Counted from the stretch's first letter, positions 13,684 to 27,100 are shown. The stretch is DNA of 64,000 bases from Chlorokybus atmophyticus (GCA_009103225.1 RHPI01000003.1:218900-282899), one strand, 5' to 3'. Numbers and translations are program-made. The notes: generated from the sequence alone by a model not told the origin.

Positions 13684-16030
13684 ATATCACATCTTCAAAT
13701 TGAGCTGCTGCACAGCGGCCGCATGCAGACAGCATTGGAGGCGGCGGTGGCGGCGGTGGCATTGCTGATTACATGCATTGGCTTAGCTTCCTGACGATAT
13801 GGCCATAGCCATAAGCAGGGTGGTGCTTTCAGGTTTTAGCAGCAGCTGCAGTGTGCATTGTGTACCACCCTGTAATTGCGGACAGACCCAAGGTCTTGCA
13901 CTCAGCTGCTTGGAAGGGCAGGCACGCACAATTGAAGCATGCTGTCCATGCGCAAAGAGAAGAAGCAGCAGGTATGCAAGGCAAGTCCAAGTTAGTTCCT
14001 GAAAGCTCTGTGCACTGCCTAAAGCTGAAGCGCACTCGGCTTATGCATAAGCCGAGTGCGCTGCAGCTCCTCGTTGCCGTGACGTGGGCTCGCCCTGCTC
14101 CAGCACTGGGTCAGTCGAGTCGGTAAATCAGAGCAGCAGCATTGCCATGGACTCTCATGGACTCTGACAATTGCGCACAACCGCACCTTCACTGCTTGCC
14201 GATGAATGCACCAATGCAGGTGACATGGCTCCAGGAGCATAGGCCTCAAGCTCATCTGCTGCTAGCTGCTGCTGCTGCTCTTCAACCTGGTTCAGCCTGA
14301 CAGGTTCCAACACTACATCTCCAGGTAAACTCTTGGAGTGTGTCTGTGCCAGGCATCAACCTCTCCACTAAACAACCTCTCCACTGGTCGTGCGTGTGCA
14401 TGTGCAAATACATGTGCGTCTGCGTGCAAGTGCACGTGCATGCGGGTTTCGAAGCTTCAACTTCAAGGAAGCCATTTTGGGCAGCCATGCTATTGCATCC
14501 GGTCGGCTGCTTGAGCTGCAAGTTGGATGGAGCTGTTCACTCCGAGACTATCTTGCCTTTGGAGGTACGTCTATCAGAATAACTTCTGACCAATGACATC
14601 CGTCATGTACGCCGTCTTCAGCAGTTCTGTTCATCATCATCAGTCACTGACCAAGTCGTACAACTCGCAGCCAGTGTGCTTCTGCAGGCACTAACCGCCA
14701 GTCCAACCGTGAGTCCAGCATAGCAGCAGCTACTAGCAGCATACTCCAGCGGAGACACCTCAATCACAAGAGTGCATTTCTTGGAAAGAGCGCTAGTACC
14801 ATGCTGAAGAAAAATGGCAACCCCGTTGCTGAGTACAAGTCGCGGTGAGCTACTTTGCTCACCATAACATGAGCACACCTCACATGCGTCTGCAAAACAA
14901 TCTAGATGTTGCCGCACCACATTGCTACATGCTGTGCTATGTGTTGGCAGCGGTCGCTGTTACTGGTAACTAGGCTCTTGACAATCAGAGTGAAGACAGC
15001 GGCTCAGCTGGAAGGCAGGTGCCACTCATAGCTGGTTAGCTTTTTCCATGTCTTGTAGCTAAGTACTTGACTGGCCTACGAACACAGTAAAGCACTATAA
15101 GCACTCACAATCGCATGTGCACACGCACACACACGCCCACAGGCACATGTGTGTGCGCAGATCCAGCTCTCTCCCAGTGAGGTTTCGATGATTTACTCCC
15201 TCGCCAGCGAGTGGAGCGTCGCATGCGAGAACCAGAAGGTGACATTGTTGCCGCCGGAGAAGCTGGCGCAGCGCTGCGTATGGGTTCTGGCTGAGCTCCA
15301 GGACTTGACTGGCATGTTTCGCAGTGAGGTGCGTTTCCTTGCGCGGGCGATATTGTGGCAATATCCAACAGTTCTCACCATGGACGATAGTGAGCTTGAC
15401 GCAAAGTTCCACATCATTAAGCATCCGATGTGCAAGACAAGCTTTGAGGACCGTAGTTGGACCCTGCGCGATGGGCTGCCGTGTTAAAACAGGGGACAAG
15501 CTTTCCAGACTTGTGTTCTTGAAAAAGATGAACATTGCCGCCAATGAGGGCGAAAAGGTCCCTGGGCTCTTGAGCATCAAGTGCGATGAGTGGACTCTCA
15601 TTGCATAGCCGCAGTGCTGCCGGCACAACGTACAAGGAGCATTGCGCAGGATGGTCAGAACCCGTGGCAGCAGCAGTAACGACCATATCACTTTAATAAC
15701 GGCAGCCGCCACCACAGCCACCACCACCACCACCTTGACACGTCATCAATTGGTGATGGCTACGACACATGGCCACAGCAGCAACCGACATCAGTGCCTG
15801 CACTGCATGAGCCATCTGGGGCCAAGGGCATCGTTGTTGAAACCTTGCTCAAGGTTGTTTCCAGACTCCCTGCAATAGGCCACGCTCACGTGTGCAGTTT
15901 GTGTGGAATTATAGTGACGGTTTACTTTGTGCATGGGGTGCGGGTTTATGCTGATGTTGTGGAAGTACATGACGCAAGCGACATACGCATGAACACATTG
16001 TGGGGCGTACCGTACCAGCAAGTTCACATA
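13684..16030 (+). pseudogene. mTERF-like tandem copy 2, pseudogene
   Basis: The conserved start context gacATGtca has become gatATAtca. Two 1-nt deletions near 15470-15490 lead to a TAA, and about 20 nt are deleted near 15600 relative to copies 1 and 3. Confidence 0.7.
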
Positions 16031-16612
16031 TAGTGTACACGTGTTGGCTTGGTCCATGGTAACGTTGAGGCATGACATTGACATTTTGTTCAACCGATGT
16101 GTACATATGATATGCCATACCACATTGCCGCATGCTCGTCACAATAAGCCAGACGGTGTACCGGTGGCAATAATGTATCATGTGTATGTCACGTTATGTA
16201 TGCTATGTATACTATTGGTGTGTACATTGCCACTACGCATAGGTATACACATACGAAGCTGTCATACCATGTAATGGTATAACAATTGTACATTACGCAA
16301 ATCGCTGTTACACCGTGCTGACATGCTCCCTATAGTTTTGTGTATTGTGCGCTTGTTAATAGTCTAATGTACTGTTTTACGGTAGCTTCGAAGTTTAATA
16401 TACACAAGTTAGCCGGAGCTCTTGAGCAAGCCTCACTACGAAAGAAGTGATCGGCTGCTCGAATTCAAGTTGTGAATGATTGTGTGATCTGAGTTATGGA
16501 CGAGATACAGTAATTATCTACACATTTGCACAAAGAGTCCGGTTAAGCTATCCTCCCTATTATACGATAACATGCAACATTGCAATGTCACAAGTGTGTT
16601 AACCGGCGCCCC

Positions 16613-16614
<2 letters not shown>

Positions 16615-16643
<29 letters not shown>
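16615..16643. repeat. (GA)n microsatellite
   Basis: Direct GA dinucleotide run. Confidence 0.95.
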
Positions 16644-16645
<2 letters not shown>

Positions 16646-16866
16646 AATAAGGAGAGATTTGTAAATTGGAATCGTTCTTAAAACTCTCTCATAACTCATA
16701 GGGTAGAGTTGCCAACTGTGTCATAAGACAAGTCATGTGACCTCTTAGGAACTGCTCGAAGTTTCCTAACACAGCGAGGTCAGACTGTACAACTCATTCC
16801 GATTGAGACAGGAACGGGTTGGTTACCTGTGGGAGCTACCGGCTTAACGTAAAACTGAGGGGCGAC

Positions 16867-19583
16867 ATGTCACGTCTCAAGCTGCTGCAGCCGCATGCAA
16901 GCAGCCGCTGGCAGCGTTGCAAGCGGCGGCGGCGGCGGCGGCGGCGGTAGGTATTGACCACATGCATGCGTAGGTAAAGCTTGCTACGACAAGGCTAGAG
17001 GCGCTGGGCGTGTATCCAAATAAAAGCAGCAGCTGAGGTGTGCCATGTGTGTACCACCCTTTGACTGCGGACAGGTCTAGAAGGTTTCCCAGGCAGCTGC
17101 TTGGTAGGGCAAGCACGCACGCGTGAAGAATGCGGCGCAAAGAGGCAGCAGGTATGTAAGGTTGAGTCAGTGGCCGAAAGCTCCGTGCGCTGCCTTAGGC
17201 TGCAGCATGCTGTGCTGACGTCGACTATTGCTCCTCCTTCTACGAAAACCAGCATGCCGTGACGTTGTCTCGGCCTGATTCCAATCTAGAGGCAGTAGGT
17301 CTTTTAACCAGAGTAGCAGCACTACCACGCTTTCATTACAACTGCAGCTTGAGTGGTTAATGCTGAATGCGTGTGCAGGTGACATGACTGACCAAGAGCT
17401 TCGGTGCCAAGCTCTGCTTTGCTGTTAGGCACTGCTGCTGCTGTTGCATTTTTTGCAACTTAGTTAGTTGAGCGTGAGACACTCCACCTTGGTAAACGGA
17501 TGGAGAGCATGCTGGTGGCAAAGCCTCTCACTCATGGCTGAGTGACTTCACTCAACCACTGAAGGGCCGCTTGTGCGTGTACGCCTGGGTGCGCGTGCAT
17601 GAGCGGGGGTGTAAAAACTTTCACTTTACAGAAGACTGCAAGCATGCTATCGCTTCCGTCCCTTGGCTGCATGAGCTGCAAGTTGGATAGAACGTTTGAG
17701 TCCGAGACTGTCTTCCCTTCAAAGGTACGCCCACATCAACGACAGCCAACATCATGATGTATGCCGTGTTCAGCAGCAGCTCTGTTGGTCAGTAGCTTGC
17801 GAGTTTTCGTATATTTAACAGCCAGTGTGCTTCTGCAGGGGCTTGCGGAGTGCATACGCACCAATCGGCAGTCTAACGTAGCAGCAATTAGCAGCATACG
17901 CAAGCCGAGACAGCACAACAGTGCACTTCTTCAACACAGCACTAGTACTTTGCTGAAGCCAAGTGGCAACCCCGTTGCCGGGTACAAGTCAATGGTAAGT
18001 CTCTCTGTTGACTTACGACCAACATAGGTGCAGCCTGTATGCGTCACAGAACAGTTTAAATTGTTGCTTTACATTGCCATATGCTTCACATTGACACAGT
18101 GCCTGGTGTCCTGTGTGTTGACAGCGGCCGCAGTTACTGATTATCAAGGCTCTTCACCGCAATCAGAATGATGGCAACGGTCACACAGACGGCTTAGGTG
18201 GAACGCAGGTACCACTTGTAGTGTGTGTGTGTGTGTGTGTAAGTGTGTGTTACACACAAGCTGTGTGTATAGCTTGACTGCATATGTCATGCACGCACCT
18301 GAACACATGTCGGCATGCGGATCCAGCTCTCCCCAAGTAAGACTCTAGAATTGTTCTACTACAGTAACGAGGGGGAGCGTAAGAGCATCGTGCACAAGCA
18401 CCAGAAGCTGAAACAGCTGCCGCCGGAGTGGCTGGCGCAGCGCTGCACTTGGCTGCTGGCTCAGTTTCAGGACTTGACTGGCATGTCTTGCATTGAGCCG
18501 CAGTCCCTTGCGTGGGAAATAGTGTGGAGTCATCCCAGAATCCTTATGATGGACAGTAGCAAGCTCAATGCGAAGTTCCATATAATCAAGCATCACACGA
18601 GGCTCGAAGAGCGGCGTTTTTGGAGTACTGCACAATGGGTTGGCGTTTTGAAAACAGGGGACAAGCTCTCCAGACTCCCGTTCCTGGATGAGATGAACAT
18701 TGCCGTTGATGAAAAGGTCCCAAGGCTTCTGAGCATCACGAACAATGAGTGGTATCGCATCTATCCGGAGTATGCTGACTGGTTGCGCAGCCGCAATGCT
18801 GGCGGGACAACATACAAGGCGCGTTGCAACGATGCAATGGTTGATCAGATGTGGCAACAGCAGCAGCCTGCTGAGCAGCAGCAGCAGCACCACCAACAAC
18901 AACAGCAGCAGCAGCAACAGCTTGTTGAACGACGTGAATTGGAACAACTACTAGTACAGCAACAACAACGACCACCACCACCACGACCACCACCACCACA
19001 ACAACGATACTTGTCATTGAATGGGGAGGGCAACGACACATGGGCACACGTACAGCAACCATTACGCCATCTGGAGGACAGTCAGAAGGCTCCCAACCAA
19101 CATCAAGTGTTGGAAGAGGTAAGGAGTGACAAACGCCTGCAAGCGGAGTCGCTCACAACCACAGCTACTCCTGGTGGTCAAGGAGCAAAGCCAAAATCAG
19201 TGCCTGCATTGCAGCATGCGCCATTCGGGTTCAAGGACGCCGTGGTTGGATTGTTGCTCAACATTGTTTTGAGACTCCTCCGGTGAGTCGCACTTATGCG
19301 TGGAGTGTCTTCCAGTTGATGGTGACAGTCGATTGTGTGCATGGGTTGCAGGTTTATGTTGTCGATATTGAAGTTCATAATGGAAACGACACACCATGCG
19401 CATGAACGCGTCGTTGGGCTTATGCATACCAACAGGTAAGCTTTTAGCTCGTGTCATACGCAAGGTTTTCATACGGTCACAACATTTGTTGTCTACAGCT
19501 TGACTGCAGCAACTGACTGGATTGACGTATGCTTGGGCTCAGGCCTCAGCAGGACCAAGACTGAGTGGAGGCTGTACTCGTGA
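16867..19583 (+). CDS. mTERF-like tandem copy 3 with poly-Q/P linker and spliced C-terminal extension
   Basis: ORF 18315..19286 aligns with copy 1 (IVWSHPRILMMDSSKLNAKFHIIKH...GDKLSRLPFLDEM). Canonical introns 19283-19351 and about 19435-19498 extend the frame to TGA at 19581-19583. The main-exon acceptor is altered (cgg) and exon 1 appears frameshifted, so function is uncertain. Confidence 0.55.
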
Positions 19584-21542
19584 GTGTAGCCTCCAGGCAT
19601 TGCACTGCAAGGACTAGCACTTGCAGCGCAATGCAACGAGCGGGAAGTACCGCGCACTTGCGTCAGCAAACAAATGACAAGACTTTTAGTGTACGTATGT
19701 TGTTTTGGTACGTGATTACCAACATGTTCTATATACTGACTCCCTTAGTGCACATATTGTCAGTGCATAGATAAACTTGTGGGTGCCCATGGTGTATCAT
19801 TAGGGTACCATCATATGTGCTGCAACGCGTTATTCTAGCATGCGTGTAGCATCGGTGTTCGTAAGCTATGCATGCTGTGAGTTTGTAAAGTGCAAGTGTC
19901 CACAAACGCCACCAACAACTTGTTGGTGGCGTTTTTAGACGCTTGCAAGGTGGGTTTGTTGTCGAGTTCTCTGGATTGCATTACTTGATTGTGCGTACTT
20001 GCTAGTTGTCGCATAAGGCATTTGCAATACCTTGTACATTTGAATGAGCGCTTACATGCGTATGCAGTTGTGTTATGAATGTTGGCTTATTATTGCAAAT
20101 CAATGGTAAATGTTATGATATATCTAAGTTGTTGCAATGCATCATAACACAAGAATTACTGCGTGCTTTGCTTTCAGAGTACGTAAACTTGATCATGCTT
20201 TACATACAAGAGTATATATCAAGCTAAACCTACAAATGTATCAATTTTCCACATACATAATATACACACATGTACCCATAACTTGCCATACATAAACAGA
20301 AACTGCACGGTTGCCAAATGTTTACAAATTATATAGTATAATCAATATAATATAATATAATCAAACTTACATCAGCAATTGTTTGCGCATGAACTTATGT
20401 GAAATGAAGCTAGCTCTTAATTACAATACTACACATAGGCATGCGATTATAAAAGGCACATTGCCTGCATATGAATTTGAATTGTATAAAATTAATTATA
20501 AGTGTTACTTGATCTTTACATGCTGTACAAAGATATGTCATCAACGGTTGTCTGCGCATATGGAGTAATTTAAAATAAAAATATTCAGTGTAGGCATAAG
20601 CATGCAACTATGACAACAGGCATGGTATCAGGTTATTAACGCCATGGCTTAGTTAGTGATTAATATCATGCGCAAATGCTTTGCCAATCTCATGCATTTG
20701 CTAATTCATACCATGAATGAAGCTCGATGTGGTACATGTTGCCAATACATTTGTTGCAAAGCTACGCGTGAGTGTGCTACTCACTTGTTGCTATCATTGC
20801 ACAGATTGTATGATTTGCACATGTTGCACTAAGCTGATAATACATGGAACATATTAATGTCACGCTTATTATATGCATTCAACCGTTAATGTTGCCAACA
20901 ATTGTGGTCAGTATATACAATATTTGTGCTTTTGTAAGCATATCTTCGCAAGCTATGTCTAGCAAGCTGTGTGTATGAAGATCCAAGGCACAACTGTGTG
21001 CTACCTTGTGTTGTCAGCACTCATACGGTACATGTGTCAACTCGTTATTGCAGTGTAGCCGAACCCACATCGCCGGCTCACCGCATACCGTGCACTTAAC
21101 TTCCACAGACAAAAGCACGACCCAAAAGCTCGGGGGGCGGCCAAAACATCCTTCCAGCCAAATCTGTCAGACACCAGATATGGGGCGACGTCGATATCCG
21201 GACTGGCATCCGCATCGGCTCGTCACGTGACTCTGACGGCGTGGCAGTCTCTGCGCTCAGGACCTGTCTCAGCGCTTTTGGTGTGCTTCTACAGTAAGTT
21301 TTGCTTCTGTTCTTCTTGTCATCTCTGGCTGGCTTCAAGTGAGGATTGGCTAAGTGCAATGTGGAGGAGTGGATGAGAAGTAGTAGTAGTAGTGCAATTG
21401 CGTGGGTTGCATCAGACACACATCCACCCATGTGAGAGAGAGATGGTCTCAAGAACTGCACATTAGGTGGATGCGTGGTAGACCACCACATTCTAGTGAT
21501 ACAGTGGGGGTGAGAGTGTATCTGGATGCAGTGAATGAGAAT

Positions 21543-24148
21543 AGGATGAGGTTGTTCGAGTGAGGGTCAAGAAAGAATACAACAAGAAGGGTGTTGTGTA
21601 CGTCATGGACACGGCTGATGCAGCATCCGTCTCCAGCACATGGTGGGTTGTGCCCCAACAAGATGTCCGAGACTTGCTGTTAGTTGAGTTGCATCCTTGC
21701 ATACACAGTAAACAACCCACTCAATGTTGTTGTCGTGTTCTGTCTTCTGCCTCGCACAGGGTGCAAGCGAGTGCGCGCAGCTGCTGCGGCAACGAAGCAG
21801 CCTATCGCCACCACAACAGGTATACACACATTGTGCCACCTAACCCATATAGGCATGAAGTCACCTATGCATAACAACATAACAACATATGATTGCGTTG
21901 GATTGATGTCTGATGGTGAAGCCCGCGTTGCAGGCCTGTGTTGGCTGAGCGAGAGGCACCAATGACCTTCCTGGCCGGCAGCGTGGCGGAGCAATTGGGC
22001 CTGACCCCTTGCAAAAGGGTATGCACACGGTTAATTTGACAAAGAATACAACAGTACCTGTGATTGACACAAGAGAGAAAACCTACACAGACAAATCTAT
22101 GCACCTACGCACAGACATACATGCACACATGCAGCACGCGCACATACGCGCGCGGACAGGTGCATTTGAGCACACATGCGCACACACGCACTGGCTTACG
22201 TACGCTCCCACACACACACATACGCAATAACAGGTGCCCGGTGGTGTGCCCGTGCGCGACACCACATACCTGGACCGCCACCGCCTCCTCGTGCGCAACC
22301 TCAACCGGGAGGCCCGCGCCCGACGCGACCGCGACGAGGTGACACTGAATTAGCATACAACCTCACTCTCACCCACCTCAGAGTGCTCAACCGATAGCTT
22401 GATGAATGATTGATTGAAGTTGATTGAAGCTGTTTGTATGCATGTGGGGGAGGGAGCAGTGTTGATGGCGTCGTAGCTGCGAATGATGAGTGGTGTTGCA
22501 GGAGCGTGCAAAGGTTCTGAAGGCAAGGAGAGAGCGCTTTCGGGAGTTTGGTTCTGCTCTCCGGACCGCCATTCTCAATGGCCAAGTACGAACCTTTTGC
22601 GTGACCTCCCAACAAACATTGACGCCCACACACACGCGCACGCACGCACGCACGCACGCACGCACATATCCACCCCCACCCACAGGACTTGCCGCCGTGG
22701 CGTGCCACACGTCGCCGTGCCCGCCCCGCCTCCGCGCCGTCCTCAATAAGCAGGACAGGCCTGCCGCCTCCCCCCGCCGTGGATGACCTACTGCTCAGAA
22801 GAGGAGACGGCGAGGGGGGGGCGGAGCAGAGCGCGGGCAACGCGACAAAACCAGCATGGGCACTTACACGCGAGCAGGTACATGCGTTGTGTGTCATGCG
22901 AGAATGAGGGTCAGCAGTCCATACGGCAGTGTTGCGGAGAAGCCACATACCCCTCCCCCCGCGCAATGTGTTGTGTAATACGCGCAACTGTCGTGGCGTA
23001 GTTTTGCAAGCTTTTAGAACAATGCATATATGCACCATATGCATCGTTGTTGATTTTTACGGTTGTAACCAACCACTCATGCTCGTGCGCGTGCTTGTGG
23101 CATAGCATGCTTTGTCACAGATTGCTGGTTCAAATGCGCATGCGCATATGCGAGTGCATGCACATGAGCGCACACATGCACGCGTGTGCACACACGAACG
23201 CACACAAGAACGCGCACACACGCGCACACACACGCACGCACGCACGCACACACACACACACACGCGTGCACACCACTCCTCCAGGTAGATGCTGTGGAGG
23301 ACGAGGAGTTGGAGGCCCTCACCTCCTTCGCGCGTGCGCTTGACTACGACCGCTACATAGAGGAGCTGCACGAAGCGCCGCCTCCACGCGTACCAAACAG
23401 CGTGTTGATGGATACTACCGCTGACCACACAGCCGCCGCAACGGGGTTACCAACTCAGGGAGAGTTGGAGGTTGAAGAGAGGGAGAGCACGAGCAATGCT
23501 CTTGAGAGGCAACGGAAAGAGCGAGCACGGAGGCCCATGACTGCTTCCGCCACGTGTGGGAGGTGAGGATACACACACACACACGCACGCACGTCTATGA
23601 GTGCGTGCGCATACATGCAGGGGCACGGCTTTGCACACACACTTGTTCGCACGATCTCTGCACTCGCGCGCACGCGCACACACAATGCGACGCATGATGA
23701 CCAATGCGGCATGAAACTCGTCTTTCCTTCCTTATGTTGGCAACATGCTCATACATGCTTGTTTCATTGACACCAAAGGGTATCTTCCAGCCTCTCTGCC
23801 GAGGCTGCCGCCACAACATCAAAACCCGCCACCAGCAACAACACCCGACCATCGTGCCACGACGACGCGATGAGCACATCAAGGCAAGCCACACACTTGT
23901 GTATACGCCACATTCACCAAGTCATCGCACAATCAATTGGCCATGACTAAACCACCGACTTTTAACCGTGCAGCGCAATGTCGACACAACATCAACAACA
24001 GCTACAGCGGCCAAAGTCCTCGCGCGCGAGTGCCGAGGCCATCCTCAAGCAGCACGTGTCGATGCGCGCGGTTCACTCCGTGGCGAGCGTGGCCGCCATA
24101 GTGGAGTCTCAAACCCAACAAGGCGGACTGTGTGTGACGACAAGTTGA
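21543..24148 (+). CDS. Conserved hypothetical protein, about 9 exons (5' end uncertain)
   Basis: The frame stays continuous across GT-AG introns and one GC-AG intron (23884-23973): ...YLDRHRLLVRNLNREARARRDRDE|ERAKVLKARRERF...|KPAWALTREQ|VDAVEDEELEALTSFARALDYDRYIEEL...AEAILKQHVSMRAVHSVASVAAIVE...*. Confidence 0.75.
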
Positions 24149-24167
24149 TGATGTTGGGTGTGGGGTG

Positions 24168-27100
24168 TCATCGTGTGATGGACGGAAGGATGCGCGACGA
24201 GTTGGCGTGTGGCGCGAGCGTGGCGTACGTCCTCGCCATCGCCGCAACGAGAGGCTCCTTCTGGGCCAGAGCCACGCGAGGAGAGGCCAGTGCAAGGACA
24301 TCTTCTTGAATGCTGTTTGAAGAGAGCGTATTGGGAGATGATTGGCTATTGCAACAATCACAAAACACTCACGTTTGCGCATACAAACAAGTGGGAGTGT
24401 AACTGGGCTAATGCGACATGACAGCACGCATGACCACACACGCGCACACATACGCCTGCACACGCACGTGCGCACACACACGTGCACACAGGGACATATA
24501 CTTTCATGCACACACGCGCATGCATATATACACGCACACACACCTGTGGAGTTCGCCCTTCTCAGCGTGCACGAAGGCCGAGCTAAACAGGTGGTTGAGG
24601 TGAAACAGCAGGAAGCCGTCGATAGAGCTCGCGGGGACATTGTCCTGACCTTGCGCGCGCACTTCAGCCTGGAAGAGATGTGTCAGCGGTCCACTGTTTA
24701 TGTTTATTGTCCGTTGTCTTCGCTAGCCCGGACAACTCAAGCGTGTTCGAAGAGCAAGGCAACCATAGTGCTTCTTATGAGGCCTCCACACGCGTACACA
24801 TGTACACACACGAACACTCATGCACACATCTGCGCGCGCGCATGCACACGCACATGCCCACACACCCACGCACACAGCCACACGCTTGCACGCCCGCGCG
24901 CACGCCCACCTACCTGCAGCCCATGCGTGAGCGCGATCAACCTCCTCTCCGCCTCAATCCTCGACAGCCTCATCCTCAACCTCCCCGTCGCCCTATCCTT
25001 CACCGCATTCTGCACACAACACCACAATCGCAATCACCACCCAATTTAACCCCCTCTCCCCGCCCACATCCCCACGTACGCTTCGTGTGCGTAGCGGCCG
25101 CGACGCGAGCGCCAGAATGACGAACGCGACGAGGGCGGCGGGCACGGCGGCGAGAATAGCGAAGTTGAACTGGTTGGCGCGGAGGATCTGGTCCATCGCC
25201 AGGAGGGCGCTCTCGGTCTCGACCTTCACCTTCTGGACCTGGTGTGGGGGGAGTTGTTGTCGTATTTGTGATTGATGCTATATGACCCAAATGTCGAGTG
25301 TGACATAGTGGTAATGGTGACTTACTTGGATCAGCATTGCGCGCGCGAGATCCCCGCCTATGAGGTTCCGTACAGGATGCCTCAACTCGTCCTCATACCT
25401 GAAAAAGCGGGCTACACTCGACTTCCACCCGCGCCCACACGCACGCACCCACGCACCCTCACACCACCACCAAACTTGACCACCAGACATCGCCATACCG
25501 TCTCATGAGCATCACCATCTTGTCCCCCTCCTCGCCCGCTCCCCCTCCCCCTCCGTTCCCTCCAACCAAACCCCCGTTATCCCGGGCGTAGTCGTCCAGC
25601 ATCCGTTGCAGACTCTCCCTCGACTCCTCCAGCTCCTCCCGCCCGACGATGCCTTGCCTGGCGCCGAACGTGTGGAAGAGCTCGCCCTTGATGGCGTCGA
25701 GCTGGGGGGGGGGGGGGATGAGAGGGTTAGTGGGGTGGTGGGGTGGGGATGTGGGGATGATGTGGTGCTTACGGGCTCGGCCACGTGTTCTTTGAAGAAT
25801 GCGCGGAAGGCTTCCTTTGAGGTGCGGAGCCAGCGGTCGATGTCGTCGCTGCCGCCGAGACGGGAGTGCTTCACCTGGCAGGGGAAAAGAGATGTGCATA
25901 TCACGCACGCACGCATGCACGCGCGTATATGACAGATATGCACGCACACGCTGATACACTTGGAGAGACAAACACTCGCACACACGCACCCGTGTGCATT
26001 TGTGCATGCATGCACGAACAAAGATGCATGCGCACACGCACGTGTGTGTGAGCGTGTGTACTTGTGTGTTTGACACACGTGTACACACCACATGGGCAAG
26101 TGCACATGTGCGTGCATGGGTGCGTGCGTGTGTTTGTGTGTGTGCGCATGCACATGTGTGCGTGCGCGTTGGTGCATCTATGTTGCTCTTGTGCAGTTAG
26201 AGTAACAGTAACCAGCACTCACCAGCCACGAGGCCGCATACACCACCGCGACCCCTCCCGCCGTATACTGTATCCAGTTCCTCTTCAACGCATGCGGCCT
26301 TGCGTGCTCCCTTATCTTGCACCCACACACACCATCAGCACCCCACCCCCACTACCACCCACCAACTTCAATACCACCCACCTGATCACAAACAGCCTCG
26401 TCCACATCCTCCAGCGCGGCGTTGATATCGTCCAAGGCAGCCGCCAGCACGTCGTCGGTGAAGGCCACAGTGGGGTTGCGGTGGACGTTGATGATGTTGT
26501 TGTTGCTGTTGTTGGTGTTGTTGTTGTCGCGGTGGCCGCGAAGCTCCTCGAGCACGCCGTCGAGGGTGATCAATGCGTCACCCACGGCCCGCCTCACAGC
26601 ACCGGCACGACCACCAGCTAAACCAATCATGACCTCCACGGCAACGCCGTCCGCCACCTCGTGCACGCTGTCGAGGAGGAGAACACGTGTCACACATGCA
26701 GGTGCGCACGCATGCACACACGCACGTGTGCGTGTACACTCACGTACGCGCATGCGCACATACACGCGCATGCGCCCGCTCGTTTGCACATGCGCATGCG
26801 CACGCGCATACGCACACATGTGCGTGTGCGCGCACCACTCAGGCACGCACACGCGCACGCGCACACGCACACGCACACGCACGCGCACATGCACTACACA
26901 CGCACGCATGCACACAGCATCACCACCACCACGGCGACTTCACCTTGCAATGGCATGCGCGATGCGGGCAACCAGGTTGTCGAGTGCGCGTGCGTGCGCG
27001 AGTAGGGCCACGAGGGCGGTGTCGTCCGTGGACTTGATCACATGTTGTACGTGATGATGGTTTTGCGACAGCCGCTGCACGAGCCGCGTGTAACTCCTCC

